From an uncultured virus (IMG/VR IMGVR_UViG_3300003394_000004) (Duplodnaviria; Heunggongvirae; Uroviricota; Caudoviricetes), in IMG/VR virus record IMGVR_UViG_3300003394_000004, positions 1 to 64,000 of that record: DNA of 64,000 bases; one strand, given 5' to 3'. A program made the translations under genes and the position numbers. This document shows, piece after piece, positions 21,096-30,628 of the stretch. The notes under the pieces are model-generated. The model searched no databases. It was not told where the DNA came from and saw only the letters and a list, made by a program, of their open reading frames with translations. How positions within the stretch are numbered: the stretch's first letter is position 1; every line of letters starts with the position of its first letter.

Positions 21096-21384
21096 TTTCG
21101 TATCTGTATTCCCCGTGTGTTTTAATTGGTATTACCGTAGTTTCCAAAAAAACAGGTGACAACTCACCAAAATGCCCACCTTTGATATTGTAGTCAAAAT
21201 ATTCTTCGGCTTCTAACCAAGTCATTTCGTCCTTACACAAACTATCAATTATTTGTTGTTTTGAGTACAATATTCTACGACCTTCAAATGAGTCAACAAC
21301 ACCGATAATGGCATTTTCATACCCATTTAAAAGAACTGAACCTTCACAATATTCGTCAATCTCTAATATTTCTCTTGTTTCCAT
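21085..21384 (-). CDS. conserved phage hypothetical protein
   Basis: G...AIIG..Y..EAEEYFDYNI.G..GE..PVF. Confidence 0.65.
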   Translation of the reverse strand: METREILEIDEYCEGSVLLNGYENAIIGVVDSFEGRRILYSKQQIIDSLCKDEMTWLEAEEYFDYNIKGGHFGELSPVFLETTVIPIKTHGEYRYEIIS

Positions 21385-21522
21385 TTAGTTAAGTTCAAAT
21401 AAAAAGGTTCCACACAGAGTTCAGGGCTTTCAGAATAAATTACCAAGATACTACGACTACTCTAAATTATCTGTGTGGGAAACCCTTATTGAAAACTTAA
21501 CTTATTTATTCTACATAGTCAA

Positions 21523-22266
21523 TTAGTTGTAGAATTTTTCGGCCAAGAATTTGAAACGACCACCTTGAACGTATTCTTTAATTTGAGATTTTGGTAACCA
21601 TAACTCAAACTCACCGATTTCTTCAACACGAAGTGCCAATTCTTCGTGGAAACGAGCCACCTCAACTTTATCTTTGATGTATTTTACTCTCAAATTCTTA
21701 GCACATACTGGACCCATACCAGTCAAGATTGAGAACTCATCAGTCAACTCAGCTCCACAACAACGACACACATCACCATTTTCTTTAGTCAATTTGGCAC
21801 GAACTCTTACTGCCTTGGCACTGATGTGAGTTGTTCCAACCAAGTCAACCAAGATTGGCATGAATTCCAAACCATACTCTTCTTTGATTTTCAAAGCGAT
21901 ACCACGTTTGATACGGATAGATTCGTTCTTCAAATCAACACGAATTTCCATAGTTGGGGTCTTTTCTTTTTTGATAGATTTAACCGCCGCAGAAATTTGA
22001 CGCTCAGACAAGTCCCTCCATTTAGCGTAACTGTCTTTCATCTTCAAGATGAACTCATTAGAACCTGTGTAGTTCATAATCAACTGCAAATCCTCAGAAA
22101 GATTTGAAATTACCAACTCACCATTACGCTCAATACTTTTTAAAGCTCTGTCAGCAATTTCGCACTGACGTTGAGTCAAAGATGGGTAGCGAGTCAAAGA
22201 CTCTTTAAGGCTGTTCAAGAATTGGTTGTTACCTTGATAGTTGCGGACTTTTTGTTCTGTTGTCAT
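21523..22266 (-). CDS. DUF6011-like Zn-finger protein
   Basis: CRCCGAELTDEFSILTGMGPVCA. Confidence 0.6.
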   Translation of the reverse strand: MTTEQKVRNYQGNNQFLNSLKESLTRYPSLTQRQCEIADRALKSIERNGELVISNLSEDLQLIMNYTGSNEFILKMKDSYAKWRDLSERQISAAVKSIKKEKTPTMEIRVDLKNESIRIKRGIALKIKEEYGLEFMPILVDLVGTTHISAKAVRVRAKLTKENGDVCRCCGAELTDEFSILTGMGPVCAKNLRVKYIKDKVEVARFHEELALRVEEIGEFELWLPKSQIKEYVQGGRFKFLAEKFYN

Positions 22267-22336
22267 GGTGGTGGTTATTTGTTATACAAAGATACAACTT
22301 TTTTTCATTCCCACAACTATTTATATAGAAAAAGAT

Positions 22337-23137
22337 ATGAATGCATTTTTTGTAGGAGTAACACCTGAGGAAAAAGAAAACATCCTCAGCAAACATAGAC
22401 ACGTTTATAACGGTTATAGAACGTTAAACCCAAGTCCAGTGGCAAATGAACAACCATTATATACCCAAGACTTTGCAAATGACAAAGAAGGTTTGGTTGT
22501 TAATAACAAAGGTGAAGTTAAAGCCTATACCAATATGGGAATAAATGAATCTAAAAAAAGAAAATCATACGTTGAAACTGATAAAGAAATGTGTGAACAA
22601 TGTGGTGGAAAAATGGAAGAAGAAATGTGTGAACAATGTTCAAGTAACAAATCATTAGAAGAAGATTTTGAAGATGGTGAAGTTGCTTCAGATGTAGAAC
22701 CAGCATACGAATTCCAATCTCACGGTCCTGAAGATGTTTACGGAACATTAGATGATTATGATTCAGAACACCCACACCATGATTATAACTCAATGGAAGA
22801 TGTTGAAAGATATGACCCAAGTGATGATTTGAGTGACATGTTTGGTAATTTATCAGATGGTATGGCCTTTGGTGGTGGACCATCAGACACGTTCCAACAC
22901 GATGCTGGTGATGTTGATAGAGAAGGTGATGAAGGTTTAGGTCAAGACACCGAAAATGATATGGATTTATCAATGATTAAATCACCTTATACTTTTACAT
23001 CTGATGGTCCAGAAGAAGGTGATGATGATAGTGAGTTTAATGTTGAAGAAGAAGTAGATAAAGATTTACAAGAATCTTTTACTAAAGAAAGAAAACTTAC
23101 TTTGGAAATGTTCCAAAGAATGAGTAAATTTTTATAA
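22337..23137 (+). CDS. acidic hypothetical protein
   Basis: Start moved to MNAFFVG after TATTTAT; EMCEQC occurs twice. Confidence 0.7.
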   Translation: MNAFFVGVTPEEKENILSKHRHVYNGYRTLNPSPVANEQPLYTQDFANDKEGLVVNNKGEVKAYTNMGINESKKRKSYVETDKEMCEQCGGKMEEEMCEQCSSNKSLEEDFEDGEVASDVEPAYEFQSHGPEDVYGTLDDYDSEHPHHDYNSMEDVERYDPSDDLSDMFGNLSDGMAFGGGPSDTFQHDAGDVDREGDEGLGQDTENDMDLSMIKSPYTFTSDGPEEGDDDSEFNVEEEVDKDLQESFTKERKLTLEMFQRMSKFL

Positions 23138-23267
23138 TTAATTAAATTAGTTAATAATTAAATCCTCCAATAATAATGGGGGATTTTTTTTTATTTATTA
23201 AAGAACTATATCCTTTTACAACATAATATGATATTTGTTATTAAATAAACTTTTTATCCATAAACAA

Positions 23268-23576
23268 ATGGAAGTTAGAGAAATTGTAGAAACGGTTATT
23301 AAAGAACCTTTATTAGAAGTTAGATTTAGAATGAGCACTGATACTGATGAAGTTATTAGAATTACGGAATTTGACTTACAAGAAATTGAAGATTACGGTT
23401 ATAATGTTATCACGGAAAATTTTGATTTATTTGATTTTGATGATGACGAATGGGAAGATGGTGAGGTAGAAATTGATGATGATGATTCGTTAGAAATAGA
23501 TGAAGATGAATTAATATCATTTATGAATGAGTTTTTCTTAATAAATGACCACGTACCACCATCAGAAATGTTTTAA
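23268..23576 (+). CDS. acidic hypothetical protein
   Basis: ORF track; start moved to MEVRE. Confidence 0.65.
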   Translation: MEVREIVETVIKEPLLEVRFRMSTDTDEVIRITEFDLQEIEDYGYNVITENFDLFDFDDDEWEDGEVEIDDDDSLEIDEDELISFMNEFFLINDHVPPSEMF

Positions 23577-23591
23577 CTGATATTTATATAC

Positions 23592-23831
23592 ATGGCAGTC
23601 AAGACACTTGATATAGATACATTAACAGACATCTTTAACGAACTAGCTCAAAGTAAAAATGAAATGGGTGAACAAGAAGGTGAATCTACATCAACTAGTG
23701 GTGGAGGAGGTTATCCTGCAGTTACCAAATGGGAAACGGGAATTAAAAGAGGTTCTGCCAATCCACTTGGTAATACAAAATGGAAAGATTCTTATACAAT
23801 AACAAGAGGTAAAGCGAATACTTTACTATAA
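23592..23831 (+). CDS. hypothetical protein
   Basis: ORF track; internal W..G..RG.AN.L repeat. Confidence 0.65.
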   Translation: MAVKTLDIDTLTDIFNELAQSKNEMGEQEGESTSTSGGGGYPAVTKWETGIKRGSANPLGNTKWKDSYTITRGKANTLL

Positions 23832-23856
23832 GAAAGATATTTATACATAAAATAAT

Positions 23857-24822
23857 ATGAAACAACAAATTATATCAGAAGGTAAAGAAGCGTTAGAAAG
23901 AGCGTTATTACTAATGAAATATGATAGTAAAAAAACTCTAACTGAGAATAAACAAACAATTTTTGAACAAACTGCGGGTGATTTATCGGACCCAACAACA
24001 TTGGTTGGTGGTGCAGGTGGGGCTATTCTTGGGGCAACTGCTGCTGGTGGTGGAATAGCTGCGGCTACGGCCGCAGGTGCAACCCTTGGTAGTGTTTTTC
24101 CTGTTGTTGGTACTGCAGTTGGTGCTGTTGCGGGATTAGGTCTTGGTGTGTTACTTAATTGGAGCGCAAATTATGATAATGGAGCGGATGGTTTTAAAAA
24201 AATTATGAGTGCATGTAGTGCCGCAGGAGCTTCAAAGTTAGTTCCTCAACTATCAAAATCGGATATTAGAAGTATTGCATATGCAATTGAAGATTCTAAA
24301 GATACTTGGGATGATGATGAAGATACTATTGCTGCCGAATTACAAAAAATACCAACTATTGCTGATTTATGTGCTGTAGACAAGAAAATAGCTGGCGGGT
24401 TATATCTATTTTTAGACAATTTAACTGATAGTCCTGATGAATGGAAAATGTTTACAAGACCTATTGCAGGTATGATTGAAGACACTGAAATAATGTTAAC
24501 ACCCCAAGAACAAGAAAAGGCTGGTGTTGAGGCTAAAGATGGTAAAAAAGGTGGTAGTTCATCAGCTACCAACACAATGTCATACAAACTTTGTACTGGA
24601 AAATATGTTGAGGGTTGTAAATCAACAAGAATTAAAGAATTGCAAAATTGTTTAGGTACTTCATACACAGGAAGAAATGATATTTATTTCGGTAAGTTAA
24701 CACAAGCGGCATTAAAGGCCAATGGTTATGAGAATGGTGTAACCGATGCTGATATTGATAAAATATGTCAAAAAGAAAGTCCCGTTGCGGATTCTTCAAC
24801 TGATGATATTAATGAATTATAA
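23857..24822 (+). CDS. glycine-zipper protein with C-terminal PG-binding-like segment (probable virion protein)
   Basis: GGAGGAILGATAAGG..GAVAGLGLG; IKELQNCLG..D.YFGKLTQAAL. Confidence 0.6.
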   Translation: MKQQIISEGKEALERALLLMKYDSKKTLTENKQTIFEQTAGDLSDPTTLVGGAGGAILGATAAGGGIAAATAAGATLGSVFPVVGTAVGAVAGLGLGVLLNWSANYDNGADGFKKIMSACSAAGASKLVPQLSKSDIRSIAYAIEDSKDTWDDDEDTIAAELQKIPTIADLCAVDKKIAGGLYLFLDNLTDSPDEWKMFTRPIAGMIEDTEIMLTPQEQEKAGVEAKDGKKGGSSSATNTMSYKLCTGKYVEGCKSTRIKELQNCLGTSYTGRNDIYFGKLTQAALKANGYENGVTDADIDKICQKESPVADSSTDDINEL

Positions 24823-24824
24823 TA

Positions 24825-25172
24825 ATGGAAAAACAAATATTAAAAGAACAGTCTAATCCTGATATCCCAAAGTTAGAAAAAGCAATAACATTGGGTTGTT
24901 TACCTGTAAAAAATGCTGAGGTAATTTCATCAAAACAACCATCATCAAAGTTATGGAACACATCTGAAGGTCGTGTTGGTTTCAAATTTATTAATAAAAA
25001 TGATAGAACTATATATTATTATGCCGATATGACATGGGTGGCACCTGCCACAAATTCAAAACCAATGGCGAAAGGTGCTTGGACTTGCGATGAATTAACA
25101 AAAGACCCTAATGAAATTGGTACAGCATCTTCAGTACCAATGTCACCATCAAATATCTTATCAAAATATTAA
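24825..25172 (+). CDS. hypothetical protein
   Basis: ORF track; similar to the N-terminus of the next gene (KEQ..GC.P..Y..D..TCDE). Confidence 0.6.
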   Translation: MEKQILKEQSNPDIPKLEKAITLGCLPVKNAEVISSKQPSSKLWNTSEGRVGFKFINKNDRTIYYYADMTWVAPATNSKPMAKGAWTCDELTKDPNEIGTASSVPMSPSNILSKY

Positions 25173-25176
25173 TACT

Positions 25177-26649
25177 ATGAAAAAAAATATAAAAGAACAA
25201 TTAGCTTCAGGTCCACAACCGCCAACAAACAAACAAAAACTAATTGAATATGTAAAATTTGGTTGTATCCCAAATGGTAAACTAATTGAAAATACCGGTT
25301 TATCAAAATACCCCGAAGCGATTTATACAAAAACTGCAAAAGGAAATACTTTATATTTTTTTCATGATGGTAAAATTGGTTTGGTAGGTCAAGATAATAA
25401 AGTAAAATTAATTCCCGAAACATTTACATGTGATGAAGCAATTGCAAATTTTAAATCACCTGAACAAAAACAAAGTGAAATTTCAACACAAACTCAAACA
25501 CAAAAAACAGAACTTAAAAATCAAGGTGAAATACAACGTTTAGTTGAACAGGGTTGGAGTTTACAAGAACCATTAACATCAATGTTACCATTGTATGAGA
25601 AATTATCTGAGATTGATTCTGAATCATTTACTTTAATTGGAAAAGAAATGTATCGTCAAAAACAAACAGGTAATCAACAAACAACCGAAGATGCTCTTAA
25701 CAAAATTACTACTAGTCAAATTGTTAATAAAAAGGCTTGTAAAACATTAATTGATTTATACATGGATGCTGCAGACAAAAACATGAAAATTGACAAACAA
25801 TTATTAGATAGTTACGCAAATCAAATTATGAATTGTAATGACCAAATTGATAATTGGGGTTTATTATCATCTGTACCTGAAGACATTAAACAAATTAGTT
25901 CTTATGGTGGAGCAAGACAAAGATTTGCAATTAATTTTGCTGCCCGTAAAAGATTAGGTGAACATTTAGACGTGAAAAATATATTAAAGAAAAATTTATT
26001 AGAAGTTAAATCAAAAAAAGAAGATTTAATGGTTGAAAGTAAAATAATTACAAACAGATTTAATTTTTTAGTTGAAAACAGAAAATTTGAAACTGATAAA
26101 GATTTGGAATTATTTATGGAAGACTATATTGCTGAAGTATCTTATTTAAGAACTCAAGGATACGATTCAAAAGTTATTCAAGAAGCTGCGGGTTTATTTG
26201 CAACACTATCATCAATATTTGGTGGTACTGCAACAGCTTTACCATCAGCAATGGGTGAATACTTAGTTGATTGGTTGATGAAGGTGTTAAACATCCCTTC
26301 AGGTTCTTATATGGCTAAAGTTATCAGTACATTTATTGCAAGTATCAATGTTAGTGATTATGATAGAGTATTAACGGATTGTAGATTTACAACAAACGCT
26401 TTAGCAGATGCATTAATTAAGGGTTACCTAAAAGAATTACAAGAAAAATCAAATTTAGACAAAGGTGCAAGTGGATTTATTGTAACAGCACTTAGAAACT
26501 CAGTAGTGGATTATTACGCAGAAGGTAGTGATTCAATGATTCAAAAATTAGAAGATAAAATAGCAGACTTTTTATGTCCCAAAATGTCCAAAGTTAGTAG
26601 TAAAATTTCGGACAAATATGACGAATTAAAAACTAAAGTCATGGCTTAA
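25177..26649 (+). CDS. hypothetical protein (probable virion protein)
   Basis: Long ORF; start moved to MKKNIKEQ. Confidence 0.7.
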   Translation: MKKNIKEQLASGPQPPTNKQKLIEYVKFGCIPNGKLIENTGLSKYPEAIYTKTAKGNTLYFFHDGKIGLVGQDNKVKLIPETFTCDEAIANFKSPEQKQSEISTQTQTQKTELKNQGEIQRLVEQGWSLQEPLTSMLPLYEKLSEIDSESFTLIGKEMYRQKQTGNQQTTEDALNKITTSQIVNKKACKTLIDLYMDAADKNMKIDKQLLDSYANQIMNCNDQIDNWGLLSSVPEDIKQISSYGGARQRFAINFAARKRLGEHLDVKNILKKNLLEVKSKKEDLMVESKIITNRFNFLVENRKFETDKDLELFMEDYIAEVSYLRTQGYDSKVIQEAAGLFATLSSIFGGTATALPSAMGEYLVDWLMKVLNIPSGSYMAKVISTFIASINVSDYDRVLTDCRFTTNALADALIKGYLKELQEKSNLDKGASGFIVTALRNSVVDYYAEGSDSMIQKLEDKIADFLCPKMSKVSSKISDKYDELKTKVMA

Positions 26650-26747
26650 GAAATTATCAGGTTAGAACCTGTTAATATAAATCAACTAAAATAAAGGGGG
26701 TGATTTTAAAACCAAAAGGGTTCCGTGAGGAACCCTTTTTTTATTGG

Positions 26748-27425
26748 TTATTTTTTTTCTTTTTTAACAACAATTTCATCAATAATTCCGTACTCTAACG
26801 CTTCTTTAGCATCTAACCATAAATCACGAGATGCGTCCTTCATAACTTGTTTTGTTGTTTTACCGCAATACCCACCCAACAAATCAAAAAGAACATCGTT
26901 AATTTTTTTCCATTCTTTCATTGAAATTTCTGCGTCTTGAATGTTACCTTCATAACCACCTGATGATTGGTGTAACATTGTACGAGAAAAACGTAATGAA
27001 GAACGTTTACCTTTTGTACCAGCGCCTAACAGAACTGAACCCATTGATGCTGCCATACCTGTGTTTACTGTACGAATATCACAACGAATGTAATCCATAA
27101 CATCAACCATAGACAAACCTGATTTTACTGACCCACCAGGACTATCAATGTGCATTGTGATGTCAGTACTCTCAACCGAGTCCAAGTACATTAACTGAGC
27201 TTGTACAATGGTTGACATGTTGTCATTTACAGGTCCAGCAACCCATAATAGTCTTTCTCTCATTAAACGAGAAAAAATATCCATTTGAGTTACCCTCATT
27301 TCCCTTTCCTCCAAAATGTAAGGAGTCATTGAATTTTCAATCTGTCTATCATAATGATGAAGATTGAGTGAACTTTTACCTAAGTGTTTGGTAAAGTAGT
27401 TTTTGAAATCGTTTCCGTAATCCAT
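26748..27425 (-). CDS. clpP: ATP-dependent Clp protease proteolytic subunit
   Basis: MDIFSRLMRER, IDSPGGSV, GMAASMGSVLL, TMLHQ, RDLWL.A.EALEYG.ID. Confidence 0.95.
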   Translation of the reverse strand: MDYGNDFKNYFTKHLGKSSLNLHHYDRQIENSMTPYILEEREMRVTQMDIFSRLMRERLLWVAGPVNDNMSTIVQAQLMYLDSVESTDITMHIDSPGGSVKSGLSMVDVMDYIRCDIRTVNTGMAASMGSVLLGAGTKGKRSSLRFSRTMLHQSSGGYEGNIQDAEISMKEWKKINDVLFDLLGGYCGKTTKQVMKDASRDLWLDAKEALEYGIIDEIVVKKEKK

Positions 27426-27440
27426 ATTTTATATAATTTG

Positions 27441-27525
27441 TACCGATGGCCGGAGTCGAACCGGCACGGACCTTACAGTCCACAGGATTTTAAGTCCTGC
27501 GTGGCTACCTTTTCACCACATCGGC
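27441..27525 (-). tRNA. tRNA-Leu(TAA)
   Basis: CAGGA-CTTAAAA-TCCTG; long variable arm. Confidence 0.93.
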
Positions 27526-27557
27526 ATTGTTTAACAAATATAAGAACAATTTTTGAA

Positions 27558-28049
27558 TTAGACAAATGATTCTTTATAATCATTCCATAAACACTCAACG
27601 TCAGAACTAATAATAGATGAGAATACAGTTGGTTCATACGCTTTGTATCTCATTTTCATGTTAGCTTCTTCAGGTGTTTTATTTGCCTTTTTTAAATTAC
27701 AATATGAGCAACAAGTTACCAAATTAACCCAACTGTTTTTTCCACCACGTGAACGAGGTATAATATGGTCAATTGTTAAATTCTTTTCACTTCCACAATA
27801 AACACATTGGTTGTTATCCCTTTTGTAGATACGTTTTCTGTTTAACCGTACACTTCGTGTTTTAAATCTAACATAAGACAATAAACGAATTATTAATGGT
27901 TTAACATATTCTTTAACTGATGATGACAATTTTTGTGAGTCTTGTTTTAATACCTCAGCCTTTCCTTTTATTACCAATACAAATCCCTTACGAACCGAAG
28001 TTACGTTCAAGGGTGTGTAGTCTGAGTTTAATACTAATACTTTATCCAT
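27558..28049 (-). CDS. HNH endonuclease (McrA-like)
   Basis: VLVLNSDY.PL, RD...CVYCG..LTIDHIIPRSRGG..W.NLVTCC..CN..K. Confidence 0.9.
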   Translation of the reverse strand: MDKVLVLNSDYTPLNVTSVRKGFVLVIKGKAEVLKQDSQKLSSSVKEYVKPLIIRLLSYVRFKTRSVRLNRKRIYKRDNNQCVYCGSEKNLTIDHIIPRSRGGKNSWVNLVTCCSYCNLKKANKTPEEANMKMRYKAYEPTVFSSIISSDVECLWNDYKESFV

Positions 28050-28085
28050 TACAATATGTTTTACAAATTTACGAAATTTATGTGT

Positions 28086-28112
28086 AAAAAAAAAGTCCTG
28101 ATTTCTCAGGAC
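28086..28112 (-). terminator. intrinsic terminator after the small ORF 28128-28241
   Basis: Minus strand GTCCTGA-GAAA-TCAGGAC followed by T9. Confidence 0.8.
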
Positions 28113-28127
28113 CCTTCTAAACACGTT

Positions 28128-28241
28128 TTAATATATGGTTCGGCGTTTCAAAAGGGTCATAGGTTTATCAAACAATAACGAAGGCGTACCGTTAAGATAC
28201 ACAATCTCTGTTTGCCCAATATTCATTGCCGTGTTGTTCAT
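28128..28241 (-). CDS. putative leader peptide 3 (MNNTAMNIGQTEIVYLNGTPSLLFDKPMTLLKRRTIY)
   Basis: Read by eye; TATTTAT motif just upstream; TTA-TTG pair 14 nt before a segment that can pair into the terminator 5' arm. Confidence 0.5.
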   Translation of the reverse strand: MNNTAMNIGQTEIVYLNGTPSLLFDKPMTLLKRRTIY

Positions 28242-28301
28242 TTAGACATAAATAGGTGTATTCCTTGAAAAGGTCAAATATTTGATTTATCTTTGTATCA
28301 C

Positions 28302-28655
28302 ATGAATATTAATTTAAAGTATTTCTTACTCACTTGTTTGTTTTTCTTAATAGGTCAAACTGGAATATGGTTTCAACTGAATGCTCAATTTATGTGGGAT
28401 TGGGCAAAAAGAAATACATTAATTATGTCTTTTGTAGGTGTACCATTTACATATCTTTTTATATTGGCAACAGGTTACGGTGAAAAAGCATTCATGGGTT
28501 TAATGTGGCCACAACGATTTTTGGGATTTTCAATTGGGATTGTAATGTACGCGATTTTAACATATTTATTTCTAAATCAAGGGATGTCAGCAAAAACATG
28601 GGCTAGTTTGACTTTGGCGGTTATGATTATTATAATTCAAGTAATATTTAAATAA
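28302..28655 (+). CDS. four-TM small membrane protein (SMR/DMT-like)
   Basis: Four hydrophobic helices; TATCTTTG upstream. Confidence 0.65.
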   Translation: MNINLKYFLLTCLFFLIGQTGIWFQLNAQFMWDWAKRNTLIMSFVGVPFTYLFILATGYGEKAFMGLMWPQRFLGFSIGIVMYAILTYLFLNQGMSAKTWASLTLAVMIIIIQVIFK

Positions 28656-28658
28656 AAT

Positions 28659-28732
28659 GCCCTTGTAGCTCAGCTGGATAGAGCAACGGTTTTCTAAACC
28701 GTAGGTCACAGGTTCGAGTCCTGTCGGGGGTA
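28659..28732 (+). tRNA. tRNA-Arg(TCT)
   Basis: ACGGT-TTTCTAA-ACCGT; canonical D and T arms. Confidence 0.95.
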
Positions 28733-28736
28733 CAAA

Positions 28737-28883
28737 ATGAAATTTTGGAATAAAGACGAATGGCAAGGTAGGTCCAAAGAACAAGTGGAGTCCTATTATA
28801 GAAATATTGGTACGGTAGCAACAATTGCCGTTTTATCATTCTGTTTAATTAGTTTTATCATTTCAATATGGCACATCCTTTAA
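28737..28883 (+). CDS. small membrane protein (MKFWNKDEWQGRSKEQVES...)
   Basis: Read by eye; 48 aa with a C-terminal TM helix. Confidence 0.5.
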   Translation: MKFWNKDEWQGRSKEQVESYYRNIGTVATIAVLSFCLISFIISIWHIL

Positions 28884-29221
28884 TTCATGCAAAATCTTCA
28901 GCCAAAAAATTTGGTGGAAAATTTGAAGATTATATTCATTTACACGATTGGTTAGATGAAACAAAGGCGTGGGTTGGACATTCAAATCATAGAATGTTTC
29001 GTCACCACTCAGAAGGTATCTTTGAGATGGAAAAAATCTTTGGTAAATCATTTGTTAATAGTGACGGTAAAACTGTCTACACCAGGTATGTTGGTGAACA
29101 ACACGTGAAAGAAGATTGTTTTAATTATATTCCAACGGCAAAAGATTGGATAGATGCTTTACAAGCTGAAAAGAAACCAATGTGGATGTTAAGAACATTG
29201 GACCTCAAAGTAGATGATTGA
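28868..29221 (+). CDS. DUF6915-like protein
   Basis: HPLIHAKSSAKKFGG..HDWLDETK..HRMFRHH..GEQHVKED. Confidence 0.7.
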   Translation: MAHPLIHAKSSAKKFGGKFEDYIHLHDWLDETKAWVGHSNHRMFRHHSEGIFEMEKIFGKSFVNSDGKTVYTRYVGEQHVKEDCFNYIPTAKDWIDALQAEKKPMWMLRTLDLKVDD

Positions 29222-29232
29222 TATTTATTACT

Positions 29233-29907
29233 ATGACCCCAAAACAAAAATCAATTTTTGAATTAATATCCAAATACGCATCTTCTCGTGGTTGTGAGTA
29301 TCTTGAGATGGATGTTGACCCTTGGAATCACACACCATATAACGGTAGAAATTTTGGTTGTGGAATTGAAAAACATGAAACACCACAAAAATTACCATTT
29401 GATATTAGTGAGATAATTACCGAATATGTTGGTGAAAATGCTTCAGATTTTGATGAAGATAATTTGAATGCAATAACTTTTGCGTTATATCCCCAAACAA
29501 GAACAGTTACTATTAGTGGAACTTATCAAGAAATTGTTGACGGACCTTCAGGTGAAACTGAAAGAAGTGAAGAAGATGATGAAAATCTAAAAGAGATTAT
29601 GAATTTTCTTAAACAAGAGGACATATTTCCATTTGCTGAAGTTACGTTTAATGGTGGTGGTGATGATGGATATATTGATGGTACCTTATATGTTGATTCT
29701 GGTAGTAAACCAGAAAGAAACGTAGATAGTGTACCAGGATTAGATGATTATTTATACGATATGTTGGGAGTGTATGGTGGTTGGGAAAATGATGAAGGTT
29801 CTTTTGGAAATTTCATGATTGATTCAAGAGCGGGTACAATTACATTAAAATTTACTTGGAATGAATATGCATATGAAGATGTTGTCTTCCATCAAGAAGA
29901 GTTTTAA
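29233..29907 (+). CDS. DUF6878-like protein
   Basis: VTFNGGGDDGYI..GGWENDEGSFG; adjacent to the DUF6915-like gene. Confidence 0.6.
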   Translation: MTPKQKSIFELISKYASSRGCEYLEMDVDPWNHTPYNGRNFGCGIEKHETPQKLPFDISEIITEYVGENASDFDEDNLNAITFALYPQTRTVTISGTYQEIVDGPSGETERSEEDDENLKEIMNFLKQEDIFPFAEVTFNGGGDDGYIDGTLYVDSGSKPERNVDSVPGLDDYLYDMLGVYGGWENDEGSFGNFMIDSRAGTITLKFTWNEYAYEDVVFHQEEF

Positions 29908-30626
29908 TCAAGAACAGGTTTCTTTTTTATCTTAAAATCTTTAAAAAATTCGGGATAACTTTCAATATATCCTTGTAAGGTTTCATCATCGTATTCAATA
30001 TTTTCGGCGTTCCAATTCCAATATAGTTTTTTGTTAACTTTAAAACCATAATATTCGTGATTGTTATACTGAAGTTCGGCAATATCATCACCATATTTGT
30101 GTTGTCCAACAATTATAAAACCTGATGTTGTATTTTTTATTATGTTGTCTTCACCATATGGGATATATCTATTATTAATCCAATTTAGTCTTTCTATAAG
30201 TTTTTGATAAAACATATTAGCAGCTCCCCATCTAACTGACGCGAAAAAAACTACACAGTCAGATTCAAAAAGTTCTTTGCTTATTTTCCAAAGTTCATCG
30301 TCAGGATTATGAATTGAAGCCCAACATCTATGATATCCTGATGGATTTTTCTCAGGGTCGTCTAAAAGAGCATCTTTAACACCACAAACGTTTCCTTCCA
30401 TTAAAGAAACATTTCCCTCACATGGATAAATTTTAAGTTTAGTAACATCTATTATTGTAGAATTACTAAGATTGTTATGTATTACTTTTGCTAAAATTGT
30501 AGATTTTGGTGTTTCTTCTTTTGAAATTTCTTCACCTCTGTTAGAGCAAGTTAATAAAAGAACTTTTTTATATTTTTTTAGTTCTTCAATTGTATTAACT
30601 AATACTTTAAAATTACCCTCTTCCAT
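29904..30626 (-). CDS. flavodoxin-like NAD(P)H-dependent oxidoreductase
   Basis: LLLTCSNR..S, IYPCEG..S..C..CW..DDE..I..L.ESD.VVF..VRWG..LIERL. Confidence 0.7.
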   Translation of the reverse strand: MEEGNFKVLVNTIEELKKYKKVLLLTCSNRGEEISKEETPKSTILAKVIHNNLSNSTIIDVTKLKIYPCEGNVSLMEGNVCGVKDALLDDPEKNPSGYHRCWASIHNPDDELWKISKELFESDCVVFFASVRWGAANMFYQKLIERLNWINNRYIPYGEDNIIKNTTSGFIIVGQHKYGDDIAELQYNNHEYYGFKVNKKLYWNWNAENIEYDDETLQGYIESYPEFFKDFKIKKKPVLD

Positions 30627-30628
30627 TT

